From IMG/VR virus record IMGVR_UViG_3300045988_183322: 64,000 nt of DNA. One strand, given 5' to 3'. The DNA comes from a virus. The stretch's first letter is position 1. Each line of letters starts with the position of its first letter. The notes below the pieces were generated by a model that worked only from the letters and a program-made list of their open reading frames with translations, did no database searches and was not told the origin of the DNA. Below are positions 27,443-38,014 of the stretch, piece after piece. Made by a program: the position numbers and the translations under genes.

Positions 27443-28552
27443 TTAGACAATTATAGCAGTTAATGCTCGGTCGTCAAGAATAATTCTTCCTTCGTCCTTG
27501 TAACCATACCAACCAATCTTGCCAGAACGCCTTGTATATTGGTCATCAGGTTCAAATGTCATCGTTCTACCATCACCATTGGTGGAAGCGAAACGATACA
27601 TAGAATCGACAGAATTATCAATACCTAAGATAATTTGAGAAGTAGCTTCCTCAAACTTCGAGCCACCGAATTCTGTTTCTCCAGCTAATTTAGCAAAAAG
27701 TTTATTATACTTTTGACCGATACCGAATTCATTATATTCATGGAATGTCACACCAAAGAATGTCGGGTCGCCAGCAGTAGAATATAATTGTCTTCGGATT
27801 TCATCAGGGGCGCCAATGCCATTTTTAATAGCGCCTTCCATAGGCGCGGCTTCGGTGTTGACCGGATTGTAAGCCATTTTGCGAATATCGCCCATAGCTT
27901 CTGGAGACAAGAACAAATCAGTAAATCCAGCTTTACTTGGTCCTTCTGGGGTGCCCCCAGCCCAAGATTTGTAAAGCCTCTTCGAGAATGTCTTCAAATT
28001 ATTGAAATCATCAAGAGTAATTCTTCCTGACACTACAGAGCGTACCACATGTTGTTTGCCATTAGTGACTGCTTTGGCAAGTGCGGTAAAAATCATGGTG
28101 GCAGATAAAGTTTCATCTTTTACAAGCATCTCTTGAGCCATACGTTCAAATGCTTTAGCTACCACATCAATTTGCCCTTGAGCGATATATTTTTTATGGA
28201 AGTTCTGCGCCGAATCAATTTTAGATAAGGTGATTTTCAGTTCTCCCGTGACAGGACGGATTTCATTGGATGGGAGGCCCCCATCAACAGCTTGAGTCCA
28301 AACAGAAAAATAATTTTCGTCTGTTATGTCTCTGTAAGCATCAAGAGGAATAGATGGATTAGCTCCTTCATCAAAAGTCTTTAGCTCGAATAAATTAGAA
28401 AGGACAGGGGCTTGATTTGCCTGAACTTCGAGAACTGGCCCTACTATTTCCGCAATAGCGATTTGAGCATCCCAAACTTCATTTGGATTCTTGCTTGCAA
28501 GAGCCTTAATCAGTTCAAGGGATTCATTGCTTCTTTCGATAGTGATTTTCAT
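27443..28552 (-). CDS. major capsid protein (putative)
   Basis: 369-aa protein in the canonical position after portal and protease/scaffold. Confidence 0.45.
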   Translation of the reverse strand: MKITIERSNESLELIKALASKNPNEVWDAQIAIAEIVGPVLEVQANQAPVLSNLFELKTFDEGANPSIPLDAYRDITDENYFSVWTQAVDGGLPSNEIRPVTGELKITLSKIDSAQNFHKKYIAQGQIDVVAKAFERMAQEMLVKDETLSATMIFTALAKAVTNGKQHVVRSVVSGRITLDDFNNLKTFSKRLYKSWAGGTPEGPSKAGFTDLFLSPEAMGDIRKMAYNPVNTEAAPMEGAIKNGIGAPDEIRRQLYSTAGDPTFFGVTFHEYNEFGIGQKYNKLFAKLAGETEFGGSKFEEATSQIILGIDNSVDSMYRFASTNGDGRTMTFEPDDQYTRRSGKIGWYGYKDEGRIILDDRALTAIIV

Positions 28553-28568
28553 ATCTTAACTTAAAATC

Positions 28569-29189
28569 TTACTTAATTCCAAATTGTACACGATAATAAG
28601 GCTGAGCTTCTTCATTCTGAGAAGTGCCCTTAGCCCGCACGATACCAATTACCTCATCTCCTTCCTCAGCAACGGCAAACTTACCAGCTGTATTTGTAGC
28701 AAGAGTAAGTTTCGTGTTAAGGTTAATACCCGGATTTGCTTCATCATCGACCTCAAAGCAATCAAGAGAAAAATCAAGCCATCCACGAGTAAGAACAGGA
28801 ACGGTTTGACCCGGAAGCACAGCATGATTTGCCCCTAAAAGGTCGCGTTTATTGATAAGCTTTTCTCCATTGTCATCGTATTTGCAAGTTTGCCATAAAG
28901 TTACCCCGAAGAAAACGTCTCCCTTTTTAGCGGGTTTAAATTGCAATGGATTGATTGGATAAAGATTAGTTGTACCTAAATGTTTCGCTTTCGTTTTGCC
29001 AAGATAGGCGTTATCTTCCCACATAATAGTAGGATTATCTAAATCTGCTTTGGAGATAGTAACGAGTACACCAATATCTCCACTTCCTGTAGAAATTTGG
29101 TCTTCATTAGCTAACTCAGGTTCAAGAGCATACATATTGATTAAATCATGCTCTTCATAGTTTTGGAATGGACGGATTCTTATTGCCAT
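28569..29189 (-). CDS. hypothetical head protein (decoration-like position)
   Basis: Position between scaffold/protease and capsid genes. Confidence 0.3.
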   Translation of the reverse strand: MAIRIRPFQNYEEHDLINMYALEPELANEDQISTGSGDIGVLVTISKADLDNPTIMWEDNAYLGKTKAKHLGTTNLYPINPLQFKPAKKGDVFFGVTLWQTCKYDDNGEKLINKRDLLGANHAVLPGQTVPVLTRGWLDFSLDCFEVDDEANPGINLNTKLTLATNTAGKFAVAEEGDEVIGIVRAKGTSQNEEAQPYYRVQFGIK

Positions 29190-29199
29190 AAAATTATAA

Positions 29200-30741
29200 T
29201 TAGTTAATTTTGATTGTCACTCCACCAGCAAGCTTTTTGAACTTTTCACGAAGTTCTTCTTCATCTCCGATAGAGTTAGGAACTTGTTTATCAATAGAAG
29301 CTTTAGCTTCTTCTAGCTTTTTCTTGTCATTCTTTTCTATTTCAGTTTTATTCTTCCATAAAACAGACATTTCTGATTCAAAAACATTAAAGTCTTCTTC
29401 GGAAGCTATGGTAGAAAGTCTTTTCGCAATGACTTCTCTTTCTGCATCATCCATAGCATATTTCCCCTCAAAGTGGCTCATTCTCTGATTAAAAATTTCT
29501 TGAACTTCGGCTTCCTTCTGTTTCTCTTGAAGTTCTGAAACCTGAGCTTCTAAATCCGCTATTTTTGCATTAGATTCCTCTTGAGCTTTTTGTGCTTTTG
29601 CTAAAGCTTCTTCTTTATCTTTAATATCTTGAAGATATTTTTCATTACCTTCTCTTAATACATTTGTACAAGCTTGAAAAAGAGAGGAAGCAGTAGCTTC
29701 TTCAATAGTCACATTTTTTTCTTTCAAAAGCTTAATAAAATCTTCTTGAGTCATATTATTTAAATTGAAGTCTTCTAAAGTGTTTACATTAAATGCAACT
29801 GTTTTGTTTATTTTTTTAATTTTATCTTTCGTTATTTCTATATTTTCTTCTTCTTTTCCTTCGCTCTTCTCTTTTTTTTTAATTAAATATTCTTCTCTCG
29901 CTTCATTATATAATTCCGATGCGGCGACTTCATCATAAATAACTTCTGTGAAGAATTGATAATTTTCATTTTCTTCTTTCGGTTTAAATTCTTGAATAGG
30001 TTCTACATCAGCCGCTGGATTTTCTGTAAATCCAATTCCTAAAAATACAGCTTCTTTAAGAATCCTTTTCACCATTCTCCCATCTCTCAATCTTCCAGAA
30101 CCTCCATTAGCTCTCAATCTCCAAGAATATTCTCTGTACAAATCATTATCGGACGATATTCTTTCGCAAGTATAAATATCATCCTCTTCTGAATTGCAGA
30201 TTGCAATATCATAATCAGAGAATCCAACTTCCCAACTTGCGGAAATTCCTAAATAATTATCGCTATCCGGGTCAGTAGAACGGATAATATTGTATACATC
30301 CCATGAATAAACTCTTTTGTAAATAACGGAAGCTAGAGATATATCAAAAATTTTAGCTTCTAAAGCTTCTTCCGGGGTAAATATTCTGTCTCCTTCATAT
30401 TGAGTGAACCCATAATTTACGATATGTCCAACTATATTGTTAGAATCATGTCCGTAATTACATGGTTTATGAATGAAGGAATCTGCAATACTTACAGCCT
30501 CTTGGGCATCAATACCATCATCGTTTGCGTTGAATATTCCGACCACAGCGGCATCAAAAACAACTCCAAATAAATCATTATTTGTCTGGAAGTCTACCCC
30601 TTCTGGCATAAGAGAGGAAAGCTCTTTACTCGCCTTAGCCAAAAATTCTTGATTTATTGGTCTACATTTAAAATTAAGTGGTATATGCGCTATTGAATAC
30701 ATAGTTATTGTTCTGAATGATATAGAATTAAAGCTCCCCAA
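29200..30741 (-). CDS. head maturation protease / scaffolding protein (putative fusion)
   Basis: Globular N-terminal half plus long Glu/Lys coiled coil (EEALAKAQKAQEESNAKIADLEAQVSELQEKQKEAE); located between portal and capsid. Confidence 0.35.
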   Translation of the reverse strand: MGSFNSISFRTITMYSIAHIPLNFKCRPINQEFLAKASKELSSLMPEGVDFQTNNDLFGVVFDAAVVGIFNANDDGIDAQEAVSIADSFIHKPCNYGHDSNNIVGHIVNYGFTQYEGDRIFTPEEALEAKIFDISLASVIYKRVYSWDVYNIIRSTDPDSDNYLGISASWEVGFSDYDIAICNSEEDDIYTCERISSDNDLYREYSWRLRANGGSGRLRDGRMVKRILKEAVFLGIGFTENPAADVEPIQEFKPKEENENYQFFTEVIYDEVAASELYNEAREEYLIKKKEKSEGKEEENIEITKDKIKKINKTVAFNVNTLEDFNLNNMTQEDFIKLLKEKNVTIEEATASSLFQACTNVLREGNEKYLQDIKDKEEALAKAQKAQEESNAKIADLEAQVSELQEKQKEAEVQEIFNQRMSHFEGKYAMDDAEREVIAKRLSTIASEEDFNVFESEMSVLWKNKTEIEKNDKKKLEEAKASIDKQVPNSIGDEEELREKFKKLAGGVTIKIN

Positions 30742-32732
30742 TCATTTAGGCCATCATGTTCATTTAATATTTCTTTAATTCCTTCTAAAGGCTCTAATAA
30801 GAATAGGTTTTCTGGATTTTTTACACATTCTAATGTTTTTTTCTTCCAATCTTCCATAGGGCAAGCCATTCCTACTGTTGTCAAAATGGAATAAACTTTA
30901 TCGCAAATAACTTTTTCATCCTTTGACCTAAAGAACTCCCTCCCTTCTTCGATACAAGATTCCGCTACTTTATTAAAATAATCACATATTGGTTTTATTT
31001 TTTTGATGCTATAAGATTTCTCTTGAGACGCATTTGATGAACCTTGTGGCCTTCCTGCTTGATTAGGAGTTTTATTTTCTTCTTCGGTGGGAATATTAGA
31101 TGATAAATTATTTTCTTTTATATTTAATTTCAATTGTTCTTTTGAAATTTTTATTCTCTCTTGCTCGCTCCTAGAGGCAATCATAGGAACCCCGCCAACG
31201 ATAGGATTATAGAATCCTTTCTTTCTGTCTTCTATAAATTCTTCTTGACTATCTTTTATTTCCTCCCCAAGAGGATAGATTCCATTATCGAATACTTCCA
31301 TGAGTTGTTGTGGGGTTATTGCCCCAAGTTCATACAATCGCAGAGCTACTCGTTGCAGAGCTTCTTTATTTTCGAAATCTATTTCTTTAAACTTAGGCTC
31401 TGGAATTTTTTTAAATCCAAGTCTTTCTCCAATTAACTCCATTTGAGGCTTTAAGAAATCAGTTAAGAACCTTCTTCTCCCCTCTTGAAGTGTCTTCATA
31501 AAAATTTTTAATTTTGTACTTAATCCACTATATGTTCCTTCTAAATTAAGTATATTTTGAAGTCCTTCTTTAATATCTTGATTCAAAACTTCGTACTTTT
31601 CCTTTCCAAGAACTTTATTTAAATCTGGAATAAGGAAATCTGCTTTCGTTGTCCAATCAGAGACTAAAACTCTTCCTACGCTCCCATTAGCCAAAAGTTC
31701 TTTCAGCTCTTTCATGTATCTATCATTTACTCCGCCCTTATCTGGTTCTGCCCCCATTGTTATGAGTAAAACTATCTGGTCAACCATCCTCATAGCGGCG
31801 GCATCAAGTTTCTTCATCTCTATTTTCATATTGACATCTCTCAAAACAGGCCATACCATAGGAATAGCAAACGGTTCGTAATCCTGTTTTTTATAAAATG
31901 ATAATATTAAATTAGATGGTTCTAATGGATAGAAGATTTGAGCCTCAAATCCGTTTGAAGAATCTATTCTTTTTAAGACATCTTTTGGCAGACTATTCCT
32001 TAGATTTTTATCTTTATCTGTGATAGGAGATTTCAATCTTCTTATTTCTTTGCTAGAAAGCACTTTCCCATAAGAAGTTATAGAGAAACTTAAATCTCCA
32101 TTGCAAGATATGTCATAAGGATTTAATAATGTATATTTTAAAGGAATTTTTACTCTTATATTTTTTAATTTTGACGGATATTTATCAAAAGAATCGAATT
32201 TTATTTCTCCATCAATCCGATAGAAGAAAACGTTGCCAGATTTGTAATATTCTCTAAAATATTGTTCTTTACATGAGTCTAAATCGATTGTTTCAAACCA
32301 AGCTGTAAAAAAGTCTCGCGCACGTTTAGTCCCACCATCTAAAAAAATACCGTCATTTGCTAATTCTGCTTGAACATCAATAGCATTTTTGATAATTCCA
32401 ACTGCTCCATAGGCTCTTTGCACAATATCAATAGCCTCTTTAATATCATAATAATTTCCTTTATTATTATAATGATAAGGGAGAACAGAATTTTTAATTT
32501 GATTAAATTGGCCCCATTCTATCCCAATTGCAGAAGTATTAACTTTAGATGATGAGTTTCTAGAGCCTCTTCTACTTTTTTCTTCTGCTATAGCCTCATT
32601 TGAGAAAGAAATATTAAAGAATTCTGGCATCCCATTTAATGGAAGTTCTTGCGCTATTACTCTTTCAGCGACAGAAGATATCTTCTTTCTATTTTCCCAA
32701 TAAGGACTCTTTTTATTATATTGGCGGGCCAT
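30705..32732 (-). CDS. portal protein (putative)
   Basis: 675-aa protein directly downstream of the large terminase. Confidence 0.45.
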   Translation of the reverse strand: MARQYNKKSPYWENRKKISSVAERVIAQELPLNGMPEFFNISFSNEAIAEEKSRRGSRNSSSKVNTSAIGIEWGQFNQIKNSVLPYHYNNKGNYYDIKEAIDIVQRAYGAVGIIKNAIDVQAELANDGIFLDGGTKRARDFFTAWFETIDLDSCKEQYFREYYKSGNVFFYRIDGEIKFDSFDKYPSKLKNIRVKIPLKYTLLNPYDISCNGDLSFSITSYGKVLSSKEIRRLKSPITDKDKNLRNSLPKDVLKRIDSSNGFEAQIFYPLEPSNLILSFYKKQDYEPFAIPMVWPVLRDVNMKIEMKKLDAAAMRMVDQIVLLITMGAEPDKGGVNDRYMKELKELLANGSVGRVLVSDWTTKADFLIPDLNKVLGKEKYEVLNQDIKEGLQNILNLEGTYSGLSTKLKIFMKTLQEGRRRFLTDFLKPQMELIGERLGFKKIPEPKFKEIDFENKEALQRVALRLYELGAITPQQLMEVFDNGIYPLGEEIKDSQEEFIEDRKKGFYNPIVGGVPMIASRSEQERIKISKEQLKLNIKENNLSSNIPTEEENKTPNQAGRPQGSSNASQEKSYSIKKIKPICDYFNKVAESCIEEGREFFRSKDEKVICDKVYSILTTVGMACPMEDWKKKTLECVKNPENLFLLEPLEGIKEILNEHDGLNDWGALILYHSEQ

Positions 32733-32777
32733 TACTAAAAATGTTTACACTAAAGTGACTTTAAGTGACTTTCAACT

Positions 32778-35700
32778 TTAAATTAAAAATGGACTAAAAG
32801 TAGATGAAGTCTTTTCTTTCTTTCGATTCATCATATCAAAATATAGATGTATTCCCCAATTCCCCAAAACCAAAGTAGAATAAGAATCTTTTCGCGCTTT
32901 ATTTGGAGAACGGCTTTTCCGTAAATTTTCTGGTAAATCAAAAGTTTGCGTTCCTGATGCACTTTGCCTAGGATTTATCATTGTGCACTCTGTTTTAGTC
33001 ATTTCAATGACTTCCTTTTGGCGTTCAATAAAATCAACAATTGATGGAGATTCAATATTTCTTGAAAATTTTAAGTTTTTGAGTTCGGGTATTCTCATTT
33101 TACTCATTGTCCTGAAATCTTCATCTATTGCGGCGGCGGCAAAATAAATACCTTTATGGTCGAAAGCACTCTGCAACATTTCATTAGCCTGTCTAATCCA
33201 TTGAGTGCTTTGCTTTCTAAGATGACAGATTTTCTTTTCTTCTAAATTATATTCATTTCTCAATTTATATAATTCATCATTATATTTTGTTTGGTCTTCT
33301 GCGTCAAACTCTAAAAGGCCAATATCTATTTTTGCGTCTTTAAACTCTTGGCTTTGATTACAAGCTTTAATAAATTGTAAACCACCATTGTAGTCGCCAA
33401 CAACCATAACAACATTAAAATGTTCTAAAACATATTTGAAATATAGTATATGTTTATGTAGAGGCGTTCCCGGAATAGCATATGCATGGACTAAAACTCC
33501 TTTCTTTTCTTCTTCTAATAATCTAAACACTTGTATAGAAAAGTTATCAGAAGATTCTGATTCTGACCAAGACGGGTCGATAGATACTAAATATTTTGCT
33601 TTGGGGTCTCCTACAATTTCTACGCAATATCCATCTCCTTCTTCAAAAGTACATTGAATCATTTTGGACATTTTAAAATATCCAGCAGAATCATCCGTAA
33701 ATACGGAACCAAACTCTCTAGCAAATTGAGCTTCTGACATGGTTTCTTGAGATTCTTTAATCAATTTCTCGTCATAAATACCAGTAGGAATTATTTTGTA
33801 TGAAGTATGGAATATCGCCCTAGTAGCATCATCTCCGTCTTCATATTTCTGTTTTTCGGCCATTATCAATTTTTCATATTCACAATAGACTTTATATATA
33901 TATTCAAACTTAAATCCTGCTGATGATAACAAAATAATTTTGTTAGAAGAGAACTTTGTCCTTTCTTCTTCTTTCATTTTTCCCGTAGCAACTAACTCGT
34001 CTTCTAATGCTTTGATAGACGCAATTTTTGTTGGGTCTGCATTCGCCGCCAAGAAAGGTTTAATGACTTCATTGTAAATTCTTTCAGGCATTAATAAGAA
34101 TTCGTCAATAATAACTACATTGAATCGGAAGCCTCTCAATTTTTGACCATCTCCCAATGGAATAGCCATAATAGAGCTTTTACCAATATCAATGCTCCAT
34201 TGGTCGGTTCCTTTGTTTACCCCTTTTGTATTTACCGCTTGATGGAATAAAGTAGCTTCTTTTGTGAGCATTATATCTTCAAGCTTTTTAATAATTGTTT
34301 TCGATTGTCTAAAGGATGCGGAAATGATACCTATTTTAACGCCTTGTTCGAAAATCGCATATAGTGCGGCAAAAATAGCCGTGGAGAAAGAATTATGATT
34401 GATGATACCATCGGAAACATAACAATGTTCATCAGCTACTTGAATATCCACTGTTATATCTTCACTCTCAAACGTTTCTTTCACTTCTTCGAAGAAAAAA
34501 TCTTCTCTTGCCAATTGGGAAATTTTTTCAAAATCTTCTGTATCAACAAAGCTCCATTTCTTAGACTGCTCTAACAAATTTCTCAAGCCTCTTTGTGGAT
34601 GGAATTTTCTAAATGTCAGTTTATAATGCTCTGAATGCCCAAATGCAAACTTACTGAAAGCTGATTTTTTATATTTCTTTTTAAGATAAGGCCCAACATA
34701 AGGGACGTAATCACAAAAATAATCTTTGCGCTCTCTAGTAACAAATTTATTTAATCGTTCTATTTTTCTTTGGGTAGCAAATCCAATTTGTTCATTAAAC
34801 TTTATCACATCGGAATAACCAGTGATAGAAATAGTTTTTGCTGGTAAACAATCATAAACTTTATCATTTCCAAACTTAGATTTTCCTCCTTTGAATGAAA
34901 TATAAGTTCGCGATTTAATCCCGAACATTAGCAATAAATTTTTGACAAGCTCTATCAGTTCTTCTGATGTAGAAGTAAAACCTATTGTTCCATTAAACCG
35001 CTTTTCTGTACCCCTATTCCTACTTCCTAAAGAGCAATATCCATCTGTATCATACAAGCCCCTTATAAAGGCCGTCAGACATTCTTTTGAGGCATTGGTC
35101 AAAGGGAGAGGAAGAGACTTCTCATTCGCTTTAACAATTCTAAAACCAATCTTTTCTAAAAATTGAACAAATATTTTACTTGTCGCTCTTATCTCATAAG
35201 TATTGTTTCCTTTATCAATTTTATTATAATGGAGACTTAATTTGTTGAAAAACTCTTCGAGAAAAACAATAATTTCTGGCTCTTGATTTGTTATCGAAAC
35301 CAAGTTTTCGCTCATGCACCCATCTCCAAGAAGTAATCCAAAGAAATAATACCAATCCTCTAAGGAAGCATTTTTAGGATAGAACTGTTTCGCATTAAAA
35401 TGAATGTCTTTTTCATTTTCGTCTCTAAAATCCCATCCAATAGAAGGAAACTCATATCCTCCTTTCTTCATCACCAAAACTTCCCCAACCTTAATGTCTT
35501 TGACAAATTTCCACTCTGCTTCAAGAGTTTCTGGATTCAGTATTTGAACTCGGTGATAATCTAATCCCTCGCATTCATATCCACCTTTAGTTCTAACGCC
35601 ATAAGTTTTTTCTTTTGGATTAACAACTTTATCCTCGACTAAATTATATCCATTTTTAGAAAGAATCTTATCGCCAACTTCAATATCAATAATTCGTTTT

Positions 35701-35990
35701 AATCCTTTATCTGATTGCACTAAACCATTATGTTTAAGACATTTAGAACTTGCTCGACTAAGAATTCCCATGAAATAATCAGTATTAAACATCCCCTTAA
35801 TCAACATATGTTGAAATGGAAAAAGTTTAACTCCTAAAAGAATATTTGAGGCAAAAGTAGGGTCATTTCTTAAAAACTCTGTTAAAGTTACTTTAGCTGT
35901 TTTATCATCTAAAAAACCTTCGAGTTTTTTTGCTTCTTCTAAAGTATTAACAATAGGTGTCCTTTTTTGATTTCCTTCAATCCAACTCAT
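32778..35990 (-). CDS. terL: terminase large subunit, interrupted by an intein
   Basis: Exteins carry the ATPase P-loop GILSRASSK|[intein]|SFS, Walker B VVIIDEF and the C-terminal nuclease region. Without the intein the protein is about 620 aa. Confidence 0.8.
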   Translation of the reverse strand: MSWIEGNQKRTPIVNTLEEAKKLEGFLDDKTAKVTLTEFLRNDPTFASNILLGVKLFPFQHMLIKGMFNTDYFMGILSRASSKCLKHNGLVQSDKGLKRIIDIEVGDKILSKNGYNLVEDKVVNPKEKTYGVRTKGGYECEGLDYHRVQILNPETLEAEWKFVKDIKVGEVLVMKKGGYEFPSIGWDFRDENEKDIHFNAKQFYPKNASLEDWYYFFGLLLGDGCMSENLVSITNQEPEIIVFLEEFFNKLSLHYNKIDKGNNTYEIRATSKIFVQFLEKIGFRIVKANEKSLPLPLTNASKECLTAFIRGLYDTDGYCSLGSRNRGTEKRFNGTIGFTSTSEELIELVKNLLLMFGIKSRTYISFKGGKSKFGNDKVYDCLPAKTISITGYSDVIKFNEQIGFATQRKIERLNKFVTRERKDYFCDYVPYVGPYLKKKYKKSAFSKFAFGHSEHYKLTFRKFHPQRGLRNLLEQSKKWSFVDTEDFEKISQLAREDFFFEEVKETFESEDITVDIQVADEHCYVSDGIINHNSFSTAIFAALYAIFEQGVKIGIISASFRQSKTIIKKLEDIMLTKEATLFHQAVNTKGVNKGTDQWSIDIGKSSIMAIPLGDGQKLRGFRFNVVIIDEFLLMPERIYNEVIKPFLAANADPTKIASIKALEDELVATGKMKEEERTKFSSNKIILLSSAGFKFEYIYKVYCEYEKLIMAEKQKYEDGDDATRAIFHTSYKIIPTGIYDEKLIKESQETMSEAQFAREFGSVFTDDSAGYFKMSKMIQCTFEEGDGYCVEIVGDPKAKYLVSIDPSWSESESSDNFSIQVFRLLEEEKKGVLVHAYAIPGTPLHKHILYFKYVLEHFNVVMVVGDYNGGLQFIKACNQSQEFKDAKIDIGLLEFDAEDQTKYNDELYKLRNEYNLEEKKICHLRKQSTQWIRQANEMLQSAFDHKGIYFAAAAIDEDFRTMSKMRIPELKNLKFSRNIESPSIVDFIERQKEVIEMTKTECTMINPRQSASGTQTFDLPENLRKSRSPNKARKDSYSTLVLGNWGIHLYFDMMNRKKEKTSSTFSPFLI
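34392..35741 (-). other. intein (450 aa) with LAGLIDADG homing-endonuclease domain inside the terL P-loop
   Basis: Starts with Cys (CLKHNG...) right after Walker-A Lys; LAGLIDADG blocks LLGDGC and LYDTDGY; ends VSDGIINHN followed by extein Ser+1. Confidence 0.75.
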
Positions 35991-36921
35991 GAATAAAATT
36001 ATTGTCTATAAAGTATTGTAAATCTACATTCCATAATTTATCCCCTAATTTCAATATTTTGGGAATTAGAGTTCTACTATTCTTTCTACCACCAGAGAAA
36101 ACGAATTGACAACAATCTGAAAACTCATGTTGTAGAGTTCTCATATTATGAAAAATATAATTTAAATTAGAGGTATGTTTTCCAAAATGGTTATTTTGCT
36201 CAAGAACATCAAACTTAGTTTCGACTAATATATATAGAAAACAACCTAATGTTCTACAACGCTCTAATTCTTTTCTAAATCTATTATATCCAGAAGATAA
36301 AGTTCCTTTAAAATCTGATTCAGATTTTCTATCTATGAATGTATTTGTAAAGTTTTCTCTCGGTAAAGTATAATCTCCGATATCTAACTTGCAAACCTCC
36401 TCATTTTTGAATGAGAGGGGTTTTTGTTCCCTAGTATCAATGAGTATTTTTTCGCTGGAATAATCATTGTTTATTTCTTCTGTCATTTTCTTTGACAATA
36501 GCATGGGAACATTTATCAGTTTGCAAACTTTCCCATACGAACCAAACATCTTAATGTAAGTTTCTAATTTTGGCAATTTTAACGATTTTATTTCTAACGA
36601 TGTTGGGGCAAAAGTTAGTTTTTTATTTTTTATTCTTCTCTTTAACATTTCTAAAGCTATATTTTTAGCTTCTTCTGAATCCCAATATTTCTCAAAATAT
36701 TGTTCCATATGGAAATCCGAATAAAAGAAGGAAGAGAAGTATTCTTCATAATTTTTATATGGAATATTCAATCCGCAAAAAGGGCATTTTCTAGGAAAAT
36801 ACTTTTCATAATAATCTTTTAAAAAAATTTTATGCCCTTTTATATGAGAATGAAGAGACTTTTGCGAAGTAAAAAAATCTCCGCATATTTCGCATTTTAT
36901 ATTCTCATTATTAAATGACAT
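35977..36921 (-). CDS. C2H2 zinc-finger plus ERCC4-type (XPF/Mus81/Hef-like) nuclease domain protein
   Basis: N-terminal CEICGDFFTSQKSLHSHIKGH. C-terminal IDTRE...DIGDYTL...IDRKSESDF matches the ERCC4 nuclease signature (V.D.RE...GDY...ERK...D). Immediately upstream of terL. Confidence 0.5.
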   Translation of the reverse strand: MSFNNENIKCEICGDFFTSQKSLHSHIKGHKIFLKDYYEKYFPRKCPFCGLNIPYKNYEEYFSSFFYSDFHMEQYFEKYWDSEEAKNIALEMLKRRIKNKKLTFAPTSLEIKSLKLPKLETYIKMFGSYGKVCKLINVPMLLSKKMTEEINNDYSSEKILIDTREQKPLSFKNEEVCKLDIGDYTLPRENFTNTFIDRKSESDFKGTLSSGYNRFRKELERCRTLGCFLYILVETKFDVLEQNNHFGKHTSNLNYIFHNMRTLQHEFSDCCQFVFSGGRKNSRTLIPKILKLGDKLWNVDLQYFIDNNFIHELD

Positions 36922-38008
36922 CTTCTCTTCTCAAGCCTAAAATTCGTGCAGTAAAATCGTCCATTGCAGTAAACTCGTCTACTTCTTTAGAAACAGTAAT
37001 AGCGCGACGTTCTGAGAGTTTAATCATCTCTTGCCTCGTCTTCTCGTCCTTCCAAGCCTCAACAATATTTAAGATACTAGCATTCTCTTTATTTCTTAGT
37101 TTGATTCTCTCTGCGCGATTACCCTGCAATTTAGTGGTTAAATCCTGTATGGATTTGTAACAATCTTTGTATGCAGAATCTAATGATTTAATTGATTCAG
37201 AAAGATTTTTGGAGAATTCAACATCTTCATCTAAACTCTCAATCAAGAGGTCAATTTTATTTTGCTGACTAGATATTGTTTCTAAGCGTGCTATATTTTT
37301 ACAAAGTAAAATATACAAATTCACTTCTTCTGGTGTTAGGTCATCTTTATCCCAAGTTTGTTTCACAAATTCTTGTTTAAAAAGTTCTTTATCTGACGCA
37401 TCTGAATAGCCATTAATGACGCGAATAAAGCGAACTGTGTTCATATTACGCATCATTTTTTCTATAGCTATAGTTTCTTTTCTCTTAATCTTTTCTTCTT
37501 CCAAAACTATGCCTGTAGCTTCTTCTATCAGCCTAATTGCTTGCAGAAATGTTTTTGGTGGTTTGTATTCATATAAAATACCTCCGTTTTTGACGCTTTT
37601 AGGGTCAACATTATTTTTCTTTAGAGCATACAATATATATCTACAGAACTTTCCAAGAGGTTTATAAAAACTTTCGTCTTGATTGGGCCAAATTAATTTA
37701 GCTATTTGAACTGTGCTTGCGCCATCCTCAGCTTCTTCTAAAATGAGCTGTTCTTCCTGTTCTGTAAAAGGATAAAAATAAGGGTCTTTTTCATCGTCGT
37801 TAGGGGGGTCTCCTTTTTTTCTTTTTTTTAAATCTCTTTTATCCTTTAAATATTTTTTTATAGCTCTAACTTCATCACTAGCGTTATCTAATTTTTGACC
37901 ATCAAAAACTTTTGATGTTAATTCTAGAATGTCTGTTATATTACTGATATTAGCATCAACTATTTTCTCTTGAGAAATAGTTAGTTTAAGGAATTCTTTT
38001 TTAGCCAT
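36911..38008 (-). CDS. hypothetical protein (candidate small terminase by position)
   Basis: Position upstream of the nuclease/terL; no motif support. Confidence 0.25.
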   Translation of the reverse strand: MAKKEFLKLTISQEKIVDANISNITDILELTSKVFDGQKLDNASDEVRAIKKYLKDKRDLKKRKKGDPPNDDEKDPYFYPFTEQEEQLILEEAEDGASTVQIAKLIWPNQDESFYKPLGKFCRYILYALKKNNVDPKSVKNGGILYEYKPPKTFLQAIRLIEEATGIVLEEEKIKRKETIAIEKMMRNMNTVRFIRVINGYSDASDKELFKQEFVKQTWDKDDLTPEEVNLYILLCKNIARLETISSQQNKIDLLIESLDEDVEFSKNLSESIKSLDSAYKDCYKSIQDLTTKLQGNRAERIKLRNKENASILNIVEAWKDEKTRQEMIKLSERRAITVSKEVDEFTAMDDFTARILGLRREDVI

Positions 38009-38014
38009 ATCTAT

